From Hypanus sabinus (taxonomy: Eukaryota), in contig NC_082732.1 in assembly GCF_030144855.1 (NCBI RefSeq), positions 24,800,001 to 24,864,000 on the forward strand: a stretch of DNA of 64,000 nucleotides, given 5' to 3'. Made by a program: the position numbers and the translations under genes. Each line of letters starts with the position of its first letter. Within the stretch, counting starts at the first letter, position 1. Below, in pieces: positions 40,253 through 52,969 of the stretch. The notes below the pieces were generated by a model. That model was not told the DNA's origin and made no database searches. It worked only from the letters and a program-made list of their open reading frames with translations.

Positions 40253-40997
40253 ACCCTCGTCCGCCCCCGGGGCAAAGTCAATCAGACGGCAGTGCTGGCC
40301 AGTGATATGAGAGGAGGGCCCAGTGGATAAGTGGCCAGTATTTCCACGGTGACCAGCCATCCTCTCAGACCAGCTTATTGTCAGGATGCAATGAAATCCT
40401 CGCTTGCATGGACCTCACAGGGTAAACAATAAACTCAACAGTAAATTGAATTGAATTGAATTGTATATACATGAGGACTGATGTAAGTGGATACTTGATG
40501 ACTGGCAGAGGCAAAAGGGCTTGTGATATATGGAGGAATTTAAGGTGGGAGGTTATATGGCAGGCAGGGTTTAAGGGTCGGCACAACATTGTGGGCCAAA
40601 GGGCCTGTACTGTGCCGTTCTGTGTTCATGGTGAGTGACTATGGCAACCTGGCCCAACAGTGTGTGCTCCTTTCACCTTTTATCCCTTCCAGATACTCTC
40701 TAGCACATTGACTTCTCCTCCTGTGATCGAAGGCCCTCTTCGCCTGGCTCAACATTGCCTCTCACAGATGCACGGCAATCATTCAGGATGCATTGAACCC
40801 TCGCCCTCCTCCACACTTCGCTTGTTCAGTGTTGAATGGAGCTCCTCGATCACCACTGCCGGTGGAATCACTTGACAAGTTCCTTCGTCCAGCGGCGGTT
40901 GCTGCACTCTCTGGTCCTGGGGTTTCAGAGTGAGTTCACCATCTGCCTTCCACTTGCCAGCCTGGGGCATTTTGTTGAAGCAAGTACTGCCTGCTGC

Positions 40998-41159
40998 AAA
41001 CACGAGGGAATCTGCAGATGCTGGAAGTTCAAGCAACAACACACAAAATGCCGGTGGAACGCAGCAGGCCAGGCAGCATCTACAGGGAGAAGCGCTGTCG
41101 ACGTTTCTCCCTATAGATGCTGCCTGGCCTACTGTGTTCCACCAGCATTTTGTGTATGT
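40998..41159. mobile_element. Penelope-derived fold-back element
   Basis: Imperfect palindrome centred near gctgtcgacgtt; 10-bp TSD tgcctgctgc (40988-40997, 41160-41169). Confidence 0.75.
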
Positions 41160-41194
41160 TGCCTGCTGCCCTTGAACTATTTCAGAGTTGCCTG

Positions 41195-41580
41195 TAAGTG
41201 GGTGGTGGGGTAGTGATGCGTCTCTATCAAAGGAGGTGTAAGGTGCTCCTTCCCTCCACTAGCCTGCAGGTCACCCTTGGGCAAGGTGTAGCACCTGCTT
41301 AGCCCCCCGATCAGGGTCACGTGAAGCTAGAGGAGAAGATGGTGGACGGTCGTACGAGCAGCTGGGGCACAACTCAAGTCCTGGTTATGCGACCACTGAC
41401 GCCAGGCAGACAAGCCCTGAAGAGTATTGATAACACCTGGGGTGACCCGTCTTGTAAAGACACCGCCCAGAAGAAGGCAATGGCAAACCACTTCTGTAGA
41501 AACAATTGCCAAGAACAATCATGGTCAAAGACCGAGATTGCCCACGTCATACACACTGGCACATAATGATGGTGATGATG
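41195..41580 (+). mobile_element. RTE-mobilised SINE-like element
   Basis: BovB/RTE-like aaggcaatggcaaaccacttc core and (tga)n tail; a reverse fragment lies at about 15410-15515. Confidence 0.55.
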
Positions 41581-42051
41581 TTTATAAACTAGGTAAATGT
41601 CCTCTGCCTCATCAATAATCTACTTTCTACAGCAATGTTCTGTCTGCAGCTCCACTCAGCTCGGCTACATCCCGGTGCAACGCCACTGATTGTACTAAGC
41701 TTTCAGATACCCACTGTGGGGTGACTACTCTCCTGTACCGACCCTCACCCCCTTGTGCTCTGGGTCTGTAAAGGTCCGCCTAGCACACGCCATCTTCCAC
41801 GGTGCGCTCGGCCATGATGCCAGGAAGCTAACCAGGGAAGCTCCTTCACGTATTGGAAATGACGCTCCTGCTTCCCTCATTCTGCAACTAATTCCCTCAT
41901 TCCTCATCCTGGTGAGGAATATCACTCTCATTAACAAATGAGAACTGAACTAATTACCCGCCTTCCTTTACGTCCAACTTTAGTAAGAGGATTGTCCTGT
42001 CTAGCACCACCTCATGTAGACGACAGTTAAGTGGCAGGTATTGAGGTCAGA

Positions 42052-42425
42052 TCCAAGAGGGCCACAGCCTTGCCGTGGGGTTTGAAGGCTTGCGTGCCTC
42101 AATGACCCGGAGTCAGGGTTTTCTGTGTTGGCTCTCGGTAGGGTCACCCATGCCAAACAGGTCAAAGGGTAGAGGCCAGACTCAGGGCTAACAACCCCGA
42201 CTGGCAAAATAATATTTTTACAGAAACAGCAAAGAAGAATCCATCTCCGTCTGAGTGCGACGGTATTCCTGAATCTCCACCCAGAATTTGCATGACCGAC
42301 GGGAGTGAAAACCGCAGGGAAGCTACTGACACGATGAAGGAAGCCCTGAACACCGCCAGAGATGGAGGACCTTCATCGCTGCGCTAAACGCCAGTGGCAC
42401 TACAGGCAGTAAATAAATTTTAAAA
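42052..42425 (+). mobile_element. Internally deleted RTE (Expander-like) element: 5' UTR fused to 3' end
   Basis: gcgtgcctcaatgacc...ggtagggtcacccatgccaaacaggtc...gaggccagact is RTE 5' UTR-like; 10-bp TSD tgaggtcaga (42042-42051, 42426-42435). Confidence 0.65.
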
Positions 42426-42793
42426 TGAGGTCAGAGGTCAACAAAACGGAGGACGACGACTCAAAGGAATTGTCCATGTATAAAATTAACTCCTGACCAA
42501 GCCTGAGTACTTGTGTATTTTTCCGCATCGCCATAAATTAAACAACCTTAAACGTTATCCGGTGCAGTAACATTAAGCGAGTCACTCTGACCTGGAGGTA
42601 ACTATGACACAGCCTGAATCAAACCCTACCCGACATCATAGAGTTGGTCCCATTGAATTTTGATCTTCGAGTGAGGCTCCAGAGGCGTGACATAATTCGC
42701 CATAACATAACATTACTCAACAAATCCCATTTTGTGTTACTTATAAGCTAAAATTTCTGTCTTGTTCAAGATTTCAATTTTTTGAGAGCTCCT

Positions 42794-43204
42794 TTTAAAA
42801 AAATTTTTATTGAACACAAACAAAAACAGAAACACTAAACATGTGCTAACAAGGCCAGGGAATCACACATAAGCAGCAACAAATACATAACCATTAACTT
42901 TAAATATACAAATAAACAAGAAAACCCACTCTAAGTACTGTTGGATGGAAGGAACTATATCTAAAAGGAGTCACAAAACAGAAACATTTACAGAGATAAC
43001 CCGAAACATTGACAAATTTGTACAGTCTTTACAGCTTTCTGGTTATGGGAAGTTTTCAGAGTATTAACGTATAGTTTGAAGTCTGTTGTAAAAAACTATA
43101 AATGAAGGTTTCTTATTGCTGTATTTGCATTTATGGATATAAAATTTGCTGTAAGTTAACAAAAGATTTATGATAAAGAAATAATCCCCATGAGATTTGG
43201 TATA
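42794..43204 (-). mobile_element. 5'-truncated L1-clade LINE
   Basis: 15-bp TSD tttttgagagctcct (42779-42793, 43205-43219); the minus strand encodes KFYIHKCKYSNKKP...KAVKT (L1 ORF2 C-terminus) and carries an A-rich tail. Confidence 0.75.
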
Positions 43205-43720
43205 TTTTTGAGAGCTCCTCTATTAATAGTTTCACTGAGTGATGAGGGGCATTGCACAATTTGAAAGATGAATGGATGTTGAAAGGGTTAATATACTCCA
43301 GTGAGATCGAACTGGTCCCATCAAAGGCTTGTGCAGCAATTGAAGGATATTATTTCACAAAAAAGGCTCAGCAAGTTTCTACTTGTCGAGATTATGAGGG
43401 TACACAATGGGACCTTTGTGTGTCTTGGATAATGTTTCCGGGAGTGCAGCCGACCAGTTCAATCGATGAAGATTTAAACGTCCGCACTTGCTGTGTACAC
43501 ACCAGAGGTGGCAATTCTTTATTGGACAAGTTGAGCACAATAAAAGTGGAGTAAGTTGCTGATATTGTTATATTCTTCACGCGGTAACTTCCATTTTAAA
43601 TCCGTTTAATGATTCTATTCTGAATTGACCTCTCAAACTTTAAAACATTGTCTTACACTTTCCAGATTTTCTCTGTTTTTAATATGAAACTAATTTGCCG
43701 TTTGTTTTCCCCACCAACAG

Positions 43721-43752
43721 GAACCAAACCTGGAACCGTTGATCAACCAGCT
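43721..43752 (+). other. Candidate 32-nt 5' UTR exon of ANKRD65
   Basis: Acceptor tttgttttccccaccaacag| and donor |gtaagt in non-repetitive sequence. Another gtaagt donor at 43551 could end an upstream exon. No transcript evidence. Confidence 0.45.
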
Positions 43753-45354
43753 GTAAGTAGCACTCTTCACCATATTCCTTGGATCTTTTTAAGAAGGATG
43801 TTCAGAGCATTTTATTTCAGTCCGATGTTCAGGAATACTTGTGTCAGGGACTGCATGTGGCAAAAGCAACCGGGAAAGCTGGCTGGACTCCGTGGTTGTT
43901 GTTTGCCCGAGATGCTTCAATCTCATCGAAGGATCGAAACCTCACCAAAGAGTGAGGCCCCTTCCCTTCCAGGTGTCCTGCCGGCCTTTCAGCCAGTCCA
44001 ACATGACATTCACAACACAGCAGTCTAAAATCACGAATATGGAAAACTTCCTTCCATTCAAGTTTTTGCAGCACGGTACTCAGTCACCAATAAAATACTT
44101 TTGATACGAGTCCCACACCGCCAGGTTCCAGAACAGCTACTTCCCTTCAGACATTCAATTCTGTACAACCCTAATCCAATAACTTAGCGTAAGAATGTTA
44201 TGGCCACTTTGAATCACTTTGCCCTACAATGGATGTTTTTTTTCAAATTCAAGTTCATTGTCATCTGACTGTACAAATACATGACCAGACAAAACATGTA
44301 TCACACATGAAACAAGATATTACCGTACATAAGTTAATAAACTATCCGTGTTGTGTGCAGCACAGGTAAACAGTAAACAGCTCGCTGTCCTGGTGACAGG
44401 GTGCACATTACTCTCACAGCCTGGGGGAAGAAGCTGTTACCCTGTCTGGCAGTTCTCTTTCCTGACTGTAGTGGGTCAAAGAGCTTGTGGGATGGGTGAC
44501 AGGGATCTTCAAAAATGCTTTGGGCCCTTCGCCTACAACGGTCCCGGTAAATATCGCAAACAGAGGAGAGGGAGACCCCCGTGATCCTCTCGGCAGTTCT
44601 TGCAGACCCCTGGAAGGTCCTGAGGCCCGATGCCTTGCAGCTTCTGTACTACACAGTGATTGTGTTGTGTATCTCCTTGTAAAAATGTGTACAATTTATG
44701 GCAATTCATGCTTTATTTTCTTGTGGATGTTTTGTCGTGGTTTCTCGTGCCCCACAAACGATTAGGAGACGCAGAAGATTCTTCAAGAAGTATTAAAACA
44801 AATGCTGGTTAGCTGATGCTATGTGCTTGTGATGCAGCTGCAGGAAGATTTTCATTGCACCTGCTCATGCATGCACTGATACATATGACTATAAACTCGA
44901 CTCTGCCTTAGGGACAGACACGTAGCAAGTAAAATACCAATTTGTGCAGAGCAGTGTAACAATGATAGGGCAGCCTAATTGAATGAGGCAACAATAAAGG
45001 TCAGCTGACTGGTGATTACCTCCCTGTTTCAGCCTCCCAGTGAGGGCCCGGGATCTCCACGGAATATGGAGATCGGGTGGGGAGTCAGTTCCCATTATCA
45101 CCAGCACTTCCTCACCCGGTACAGTGCGCCTCGAGAGAAGCGGTAGATGCGGAAATCTAGAGCGAAGCACAGAATACTGGAGGAACTCAGCAGGTCAGGC
45201 AGAATCTGTGAGGGTAAACAGTCAGCCGACTTGTCAATGAAAGTCCTAATGAAGAGTCACGACCCGAAGGGTCAACTGACCTGTTGAGTTCCTCCTGCAT
45301 TTTGTGTGTGGTGCAGGAGCTTCAGATCAGATGTTTGTACTTGTTAATCAGGAT

Positions 45355-45665
45355 TTAGAGTCATCAAAAAGAACAGTACAGAGACAGGCCCTTCAGCCCA
45401 TCTATTCCATGCTGAAACCATTCAAACTGCCTACTCCCATCAACCTGCACTGGGGCCAGATTCCCTCCATACCCCTACCATCCACGTACCTATCCAAACT
45501 TCTCTCAAACGTTGAAATCGAGCTTGCATGCACCACTTGTGCTGGCGGCTCGTTCCACGCTCTCACGACCCTCTGAGTGAAGAAGTTTCCCCTCACGTTC
45601 CCCTTAAAAGTTTCACCCTTGACCCATGACCTCTGGTAGCAGTCTGCACCTCCCCCCCCAACCTC
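45355..45665 (-). mobile_element. CR1 LINE 3' end
   Basis: FKGNVRGNFFTQRVVRAWNE...FERSLDRYVD. Confidence 0.8.
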
Positions 45666-46610
45666 AGTGGGTGGGACAAGCAAATTAGATTAAGCCCAGG
45701 GCATTCTAAATCAGGAAATAGCCACACCTGACTCTTGAAACTAAAGGTTTATTTTGTGGCCTTGGATATGCTCCGCAATATGCAGTAGCCAGAGGTGCAA
45801 ACACAGGAAAGCTGTAAACTCCTCTGCTTTTTGCAAGTCATGTTTCAGAATATTTACCAGTTTCCAAGCTACCTTGTGTTTTACTGACAGTGGAGTTCTT
45901 AAACGTCTGAAAGCCGACTGTTTAGTCAAAGCTTTGAGAGAGTTCAAAAGAATGACCATTTTGTTCTAACTTTAGGTTTCCGGCCTCTGCATTGTTTTTT
46001 TGCTAATTGTTTTCCCATTTCTCTGACGATTGGTTATTTATAAACTGACATAAAGCTTTCATGTTTGCAAACCCGTCTGCAACATCCTTTTTGTAAGCAA
46101 ACGTCTTAAAGATTAGCTTTACTTGCCTGTGTACCTTGAAACATACAGTGAAGAGCATCATCTGCGAGGGCAACCAACACAGTCTGAGGATGTTCTGGGG
46201 GCAGCCCGCCAGTGTTTCCATGTCTCTGGCGTCAACAACTTGCTAACCCTAACTCGTACGTTATTGGCCTGTGGGAGGAAACCGGAGCTCCCGGAGGAAA
46301 CCCAGGTAGCTATGGGGAGAACATGCAAACTCCTTACAAGCAGCAGTGGGAATTGAACCCGGGTCACTGGTACTGTAAAGCATTACTCTAACCGTTATAC
46401 TTCAGTGCCGCCCATTGGGTGCTGCGTAAGTTGACTAAACATGGATCTGCAGATAAGAGCAAAGCCCCTCCCAATTTCAGAGTCTGCTTGTCCCAGATCT
46501 TCCTATTTTACAACTCATGTTTTTATTTATGCAAAAATACCCCACAAAGCTCTCAAAGGGTTTGCTTGTACCAGTTTTACTTTTTAAGAAGACATGACGA
46601 GGTATCTGGG

Positions 46611-46789
46611 ATGACAGCAGAACCGTTGTGGAGACTGGTGGATCTCAGTGAGGAGCCTCACGAGGCACAACAGAGAGCAGAAGATGGGGCCCACCTCAGC
46701 ACGTGGACTGACCTTCATCGGGCAGCTTGGAGTGGTGACATCCACCTGGTGAGGACATATCTACAGCACGGCAGTCTCGTAGACTCCAG
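46611..46789 (+). CDS. ANKRD65: Ankyrin repeat domain-containing protein 65, coding exon 1
   Basis: MTAEPLWRLV...WTDLHRAAWSGDIHLVRTYLQHGSLVDS contains an ankyrin repeat. Upstream acceptor ttttactttttaag (exon from 46589); donor AG|GTGAGG, phase 2. Confidence 0.82.
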
Positions 46790-46904
46790 GTGAGGTGCTG
46801 CCTTTGGCAGAAACTGCATTCAACTACAACAACAATATGAAATAGACTAACACAAGGGTCAGTGGAATAGGCTGATGAATGAAGGAGTTTGCCTTCTGAG
46901 CTTA

Positions 46905-47470
46905 GGGCCATGCGACATAGGAGCCGAGTTAGGCCATTCAGCCCATCTAGTCTGCACCACCATTCCATCGTGACTGATCCATTTCCCTCTACACCCCATT
47001 CTTCTGCCTTCTCCCCATAACCTTTCACAGCCCAACTAATCAAGAACCTCCACCTTTATTGCACCTAGTGACCTAGCCTCCTGTGGCAATGAATTCCACA
47101 AATTTACCACCCTTTGTCTGTAGAAATTGCTCCATCTCTGTTCTAAATGGGCATCTCTCTACTTTGAGGCTTTGCCCTCTAGTCCTAGACTCACTACCAA
47201 AGGAAACATCCTCTTAACATCACTCTATCTAGGCCTGTCAACATTCGATAGGTTTCAATGAGATCCCCCCCTCGTTCTTCTAAATTCCAGCAGGTACAAG
47301 CCCAGGGCCATCAAACACTGCTCATATGTTAACACTTTCATTCCCAGAACCATTCTCATGAACCTCCTCTGCACCCTCTCCAATGTCAGCATGTCCTTCC
47401 TTAAATCACGGGCCCAAAGCTACTCACCGTACTCCAAGTGAGACCTCACCAGCACCGCCTCAGCATTACA
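46905..47470 (-). mobile_element. CR1 LINE 3' end in ANKRD65 intron 1
   Basis: The reverse strand carries a CR1 RT C-terminus and 3' UTR. Confidence 0.75.
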
Positions 47471-47920
47471 AGGAACGATGGGGCGATTAACAACTGTATT
47501 CCTTCAAATCCCTTCCATTCTTGGAGATATCCCTGGTGGAGCTGGGACTGGCTTATCTTTGTCACTGTCGTGAAATTCGTTATTGTCCAGCAGCAAGACA
47601 TTGCAGTACATATTAATAAAAATATAATCTCCGTATGAGGTCAGAATTAGATTGTCATGACTGGGAGGAGTTCCGCAGGAAGCACGTCACAAGCGGAGAC
47701 TCCCAAAGATCAATTGCAAATCACAGCTCTCAGTGTTTTGGTTGAGAGCATAAAAGGAGGAAATTTTGCAGAAACCTTCTGAACATGAAATACATTGGGT
47801 CCAATCCCTGCAGAGATTCTGTCTCACCGGTCCGCGATCCAAATCTTCCACTTTATTCATCCTGAATTGTTTTATTAGCACAGGAGCCAGCCTAAACCAT
47901 CCAGAATTCATTTGAATGCA

Positions 47921-49020
47921 CAGGTTGTGCACCCCGATCTAAGATGCTTGGGGCTGGAAATGTTTTGGATTTCAGTGGGGGTTTTCTTGGACTTTGGAAT
48001 ATTTGCACCTATATAAAGAGCTACCTTGTCTAAACATGGAATCCATTTGCATTACATATGCAGCTTATACATACACCCTGAAGGTAGTTCTATAATATAT
48101 TTTTTTAAATGTTGTGCATGAAACAATGTGTACATTGAACCATCAGAAAGGTAAGCTATCACCACCTCAGCCACCAGGTGGACAGTCAGTGGCTGTTTGG
48201 CATCACAATCATTCCTGACTCTGAATTTGTGTGTTACCGGTACGCAGTCTTTGTCTTACACTTGTTCATCACACATATGTGCTGATACAGCCGATCAGCG
48301 TGTTAGATTTTCATCAGCGACGATCTTAGAGAACTCATCAGTGAATTTCGCTGCTGCTTTGTGATCAGCCAAACACAAATCTTTAAAAAAAATTAATCCC
48401 TGTCTGTCCTTATATTTCTGCGATCAGCCTGCTGAATAGTCACAAATATCTTCAATTTTTAGTTTGTTGTGACAGATCTTTCCTTGTTTCATGATCGGCT
48501 TACCGGTAATATTTTACTCCGATGCTGACAAATCCACTCTTTCAATACACAATCGAGATCTTCCTTTTTCACTTTATGCGGTGTTTTTCTATTTTTCATT
48601 AACTCCTGATCATGGAGGCTGGCTGGTGGCGCAGTGACATCAGTGCCGGACTCCAGAGCGAAGGTTCCCCAGTTCGAATCCCGAGTTGGGCCACCCCCGA
48701 GCACACTTTCCATCTGTGCCGGGTTGAGTATCGAGCTAGCCGCTTGGCCTTTAGGGTCGAGTCAGGAACGTTCATATCGTGACCTGACACCACATGTCAG
48801 CCAAGAATGGCTGACTGTCAGGTGCGACACGCTAAAAAAAAATTAGGTGTGCGAGGTAACTTCTCTGAACTATCTGTGGTAGGCAGAGATCTGTGCATCG
48901 CCTAGAAACTTCCCCAGCCCCTTCCCCTTCTGTTTGTGGTGTCATGCCAACGATCAAAAAAATGTTGGATTTTGCAGGTTTTCAGATTTTGAAGTTTCAG
49001 TTAAGGGGGTGCTCAACCTG
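47921..49020 (-). mobile_element. Tigger4/MER46-like DNA transposon with JRK/CENP-B HTH remnant
   Basis: TIRs caggttgtgcacccc and gggggtgctcaacctg+TA; minus-strand MKNRKTPHKVKKEDLDCVLKEWICQHRS. Confidence 0.8.
48617..48843 (+). mobile_element. tRNA-derived SINE nested in the Tigger element
   Basis: A-box tggcgcagtg, B-box gttcgaatcc, poly(A) tail. Confidence 0.7.
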
Positions 49021-49265
49021 TATATATCTATGAATTCGTGCTCTTCATTTTAACCGTATGATTGAAAAGTGCAAGGGCACAGTCAGGTATTTGGAACTGG
49101 AGTCAGTTTATTGTTGTTGCATGTGCTGAGATACAGTGAAAATCTTTTCTTGCATTCTGTTCATATGCATCAAATCATTACACCATGCACAGAGTTAGGA
49201 CAAGCTAAAACACTAATAACGCTGAATAATAACTATCTGATATACCATTGTCCCGTTAAATGCAG

Positions 49266-49815
49266 GGATGAATTTGGCTGCACCCCACTACATTACGCAG
49301 TATTTAAGGGCTGCCAATCACTGGTTAAACTTCTCATTCACCGTGGGGCAGAGGTCGACGCCACAGACAGGCACGGCTGGACCCCTCTTCACCGAGCGGC
49401 GTGGAACGGACGCACCCAGACCGCCGTCCTCCTCCTGCGGCGTGGGGCTTCGGCCAGCGTGCCGACTGGGAGCGGACTTACAGCGCTGCACTGCGCAGCC
49501 ATAGGGGGGCACCTCCTGATCGCGCAGCAGCTGCTGAGCTACGGCGCAAGCGCCGATGCAGCTGACACGCAGCACTGGACCCCGCTGCACTGGGCTATCG
49601 TGAGTGACCGGCTGCATATCATCGAATTTCTCCTTTCGAAAGGCGCTTCAACGCAATGCTCAACACGGGGTGACATGACACCCCTGCACTTGGCCGTGGA
49701 GGTCGGAAACAGAAAAGTAATTGAAATGCTATTGGAAACTGGAACCTGCATCAATGCTGAAGATGCTGTGGGAAGGACCGCGTTATCGATTGCTGCTGCT
49801 AACGGCCAAGAAGAG
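49266..49815 (+). CDS. ANKRD65: ANKRD65 coding exon 2 (six ankyrin repeats)
   Basis: Acceptor tgcag|G completes the phase-2 codon (R-DEFGCTPLHYA). Repeats TPLHYA, TPLHRAA, TALHCAA, TPLHWA, TPLHLA, TALSIAA. Donor GAG|GTATGT, phase 0. Confidence 0.9.
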
Positions 49816-50440
49816 GTATGTCTGGACAATAAATAACAATGAAATGCATGATACACTGAGAGAGACACAGACCATACCAGACCTTCTCTTTGTAAACAAT
49901 GTCCCAGATGCCAAGCACATAGCATTCCACAGCCAAGCTCCCCGACAATCTGTACATCAACAACAAAGCCAAAATGTAAAAGTCGCCACTCTTAAATCAC
50001 TTTAAAGTTTTTATTTTGCAAACAGTTAAAAACTTTATTACAAAATACAAAATTAAAACGGTATATTTCCATTTGTACACAAGTGGAAATCACTTACTGT
50101 GAAAAATTCCCATACAAGAGCCCACAAATCTGAAATGTTGCTTTTATGAGGCACAGTCATAGCAGAACACTTAGTCCTCAGCATCATCATAATCTGCAAA
50201 TGAACATATTGAGCAGAAATTCTTCGTGCAGTGATCACACACTTTGATGTAATCCTGCCATAGTAAGTGATCACACCGTGAAGAAGGTTTCTTGAAATTG
50301 GATGGCTTCAGACAGATAAATCAGTTTGTAACTGCTGCCTTGATGGACGATTTTTGCAGATATGGTAAACCCTTTAGAAGTTGTCCATTTTGTCCTAGAA
50401 ATGTCTGCCCTTGGAGCATGTCATGATCATTGTTACAAAT

Positions 50441-50604
50441 TGATGCTCCATCAATAACTCTCGGAGACGTGAGGCGAGAGATAGGCTTTTATTGGCTGGA
50501 AGGGAGCACTGTCAGCAGCAAGAGACCACCACACAACATCCTGGAGACTGAGGGAGGAGCAATGCCTCCAATCGTGTCCAGACAGGTATATGTAGTTCTC
50601 CACA
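50441..50604 (-). mobile_element. Solo LTR (164 bp, internally deleted), same family as 1754-1968
   Basis: Perfect 5-bp TSD caaat (50436-50440, 50605-50609); lacks the TATA-containing segment of about 50 bp. Confidence 0.85.
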
Positions 50605-52902
50605 CAAATACTTTCAGGTTCCTTCACGTAGTTATCCTCAACCAGTGTATATTTTTCACCCAAGTTACCAATCCATAAATCTCCCATAAAAGACTGGGCT
50701 CCATTGAACAGCAAGCTCTTGGTTTTCTCATACACTTCCCGCTTGTCCTTCTCCCCAAGCACACCTTCACTCAGCTCCCTCTGGGTCACGTAGACTTGCC
50801 ACTGCAGCGGTGCGGCACCCCCAAACGGGCTGGCTCTCTTCGTCATACTTACACAAACCAAGCGCCCCCTTCCCGCGCAAAGTTTTTTCTTGTTTAAGCA
50901 ACTTCACTTCTAACATCTCCTTTCAATACCTGAGGGCCACAAACTTTACATCCCACAAGTCCTCTCCCTCCTCCCACACACCCAAAACAGAGGGAGAGTG
51001 TGCATGCATACATAGTCCAAATGAACCGAACTCAACCTTCTCCTGTTGTTTTCATGTATATATAAAAAAAACTAAATTTGAAAAAATTTAGACAATTCAA
51101 ATGTCCATAAGGATTTTGTAATTAGTTCTAACTCTTTAAGTTAATAAGATTCTTAAGGTACCAAATTCCTTCACTTTAAGAGCACAAGAGCTGGAGCTCC
51201 CTTCTTTATGAAACAGTCAGCTAGTTGCTACTTCATAGCAAGTGATGAATTTTCTGTGTTTGGACAAGTTCTTTGATGCTGCTTATTTTTAGAAGAAGCC
51301 TCTTCTTTATAACTGACTTGGTGGATTTGATGGCATCAACTAAAGAGCAGTTGGCTGTGATACAAGTTATATGTAGACCGTTCTTCTTCGGGTCACAATC
51401 GATTGTGCTCCGAACAGACTGTGGCTGGGAAAACAGCATGCGCGAAGTTTGTTTCACTTCAGGTTGAAGCGCAGTGGCAAAACCCATCCACTGTCTGTAC
51501 ACCGGGTGTCCGTATGGAAGTGTCCTCATGCCAAGCTTGTGGGAACAAATCCCAGAGATATAACAGCATCCTCTCCTTGAGGTGGGGGCTCCTGCCATTT
51601 GGATGTGTGTTTCTCAAATCTCCCCAGAGGTGGATTTGGTTCATCTTTTAAAAAGAGAAATTGCTCTTAATTCAAATGAGAAGGTGTTTCATTTCAGAGC
51701 AAGCTGAAAGTTCCATGGAAGGAAGTTCACTCAATTAGTTAATCCGGTGCAAATTTTAAAGTTCAAAGTAAAATTTATTATCAGAGTACATACATGTCAC
51801 CACATACAGCCGAGATTCTTTTTCCTGTGGGCATACTCATCAAATCTATAGAATGGTAACTGTAAACAAGATCAAAGAAAGATCAAGTAGAGCATAGAAG
51901 ACTGTGCACATGCAAATGTAAATAAATAGCAATAAATAACGAGAACATGAGATAACAAGATAAAGATTCCTTAAAATTAGATCATTGGGTGTGGGAACAT
52001 CTCAAAAGGTAAGCATTGTTGTTCTGTTTTGTTCAAGAACCAGATGGCTGAGGAGTAGTAACTGTTCTTGAACATGGTGGTGTGAGTCTTGAGGCCTGGG
52101 TGGTGAGGATCTTTGATGATGGACACCACTTTCCTACAACAGCATTTCATGTAGATGCTCTACGGTTGGGAGGGCTTTCTGCCTACTGGGCAGAATCCAC
52201 TACTTTTTGTAGGATTTTCCGTTCAAAGGCAATACCAAATTAAAACACACAATGCTTCCTCTATTTCAGAAAGCTGGCTTCCTTAAATAAAACGTTTTAG
52301 CCTATCATACAACATTTTGAAACTCTTTCTTTTTATTTGTTTTTTTTAATTTCAGCACTAAAGGAAAGCTAATATTTTTCGCCCAGCCCTCAGAGTCCTT
52401 GAGAAAGTGGTGGTAACTCATCTCCCTGAACCACGGCACACCAATGGGAAGGGAGTTCCAGGCTTTAGGCCAACTGATGATTGACGGTACTGGATTTTGT
52501 CAATATGGAGCAGAGTGATTTTATAAATCTGGTGGGAGCAAAGGAATTTGGGAATGATAAGGGTAGAGCGCCACAGGAGGGGTGTGGGACAGGTGGCAGA
52601 GAAGGAATACCAGGGGCAGGGGGTGACATGGTTGCAAACACACCCAGCCCTGAAACATCAGGCAAGGTCATTTGATTCCGAGCAATTACTTCACTGATCA
52701 TTACAAAATGTCCTTCTGTCGCTTCCCATTCCCTCCCCTCTCCTTTCTCCTTTTCCCAACCATGATTCCCCTCTCCCTGCCCCCTTCCCACTCTCAGTCC
52801 ACAATGGAGACCCATATCAGAATCAGGTTTATCATCACTCACATGAGTCATGAAATTTGTTTTTTCTTTGACATCACTACAGAGTAATACGTAAAATTAC
52901 TA

Positions 52903-52969
52903 CAGTACTGTGCAAAAGTCTTCGCTGTCCTAGCTATGTACATGTGCCTAAGACTTTTGCATAGTATTC
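52903..52969. mobile_element. Tc1-type MITE of about 67 bp
   Basis: TIRs cagtactgtgcaaaagtctt and aagacttttgcatagtattc, flanked by TA. Confidence 0.7.

Noticed and set aside
48617-48700. tRNA gene (also about 6884-6960)
   Set aside because: The A/B boxes are followed by a shared SINE body and tail, and there is no complete cloverleaf.
49069-49265. N-terminal part of the 255-aa ORF (and similar extensions at 46419-46588, 54884-54901, 4757-4807, 63891-63986)
   Set aside because: These are intronic read-through beyond clear splice sites and have no homology to the protein families.
50451-51598. Minus-strand ORFs of 136 and 121 aa as a nested protein-coding gene
   Set aside because: There is no recognisable homology and one ORF runs into a solo LTR. 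The region is kept only as a possible non-coding exon.
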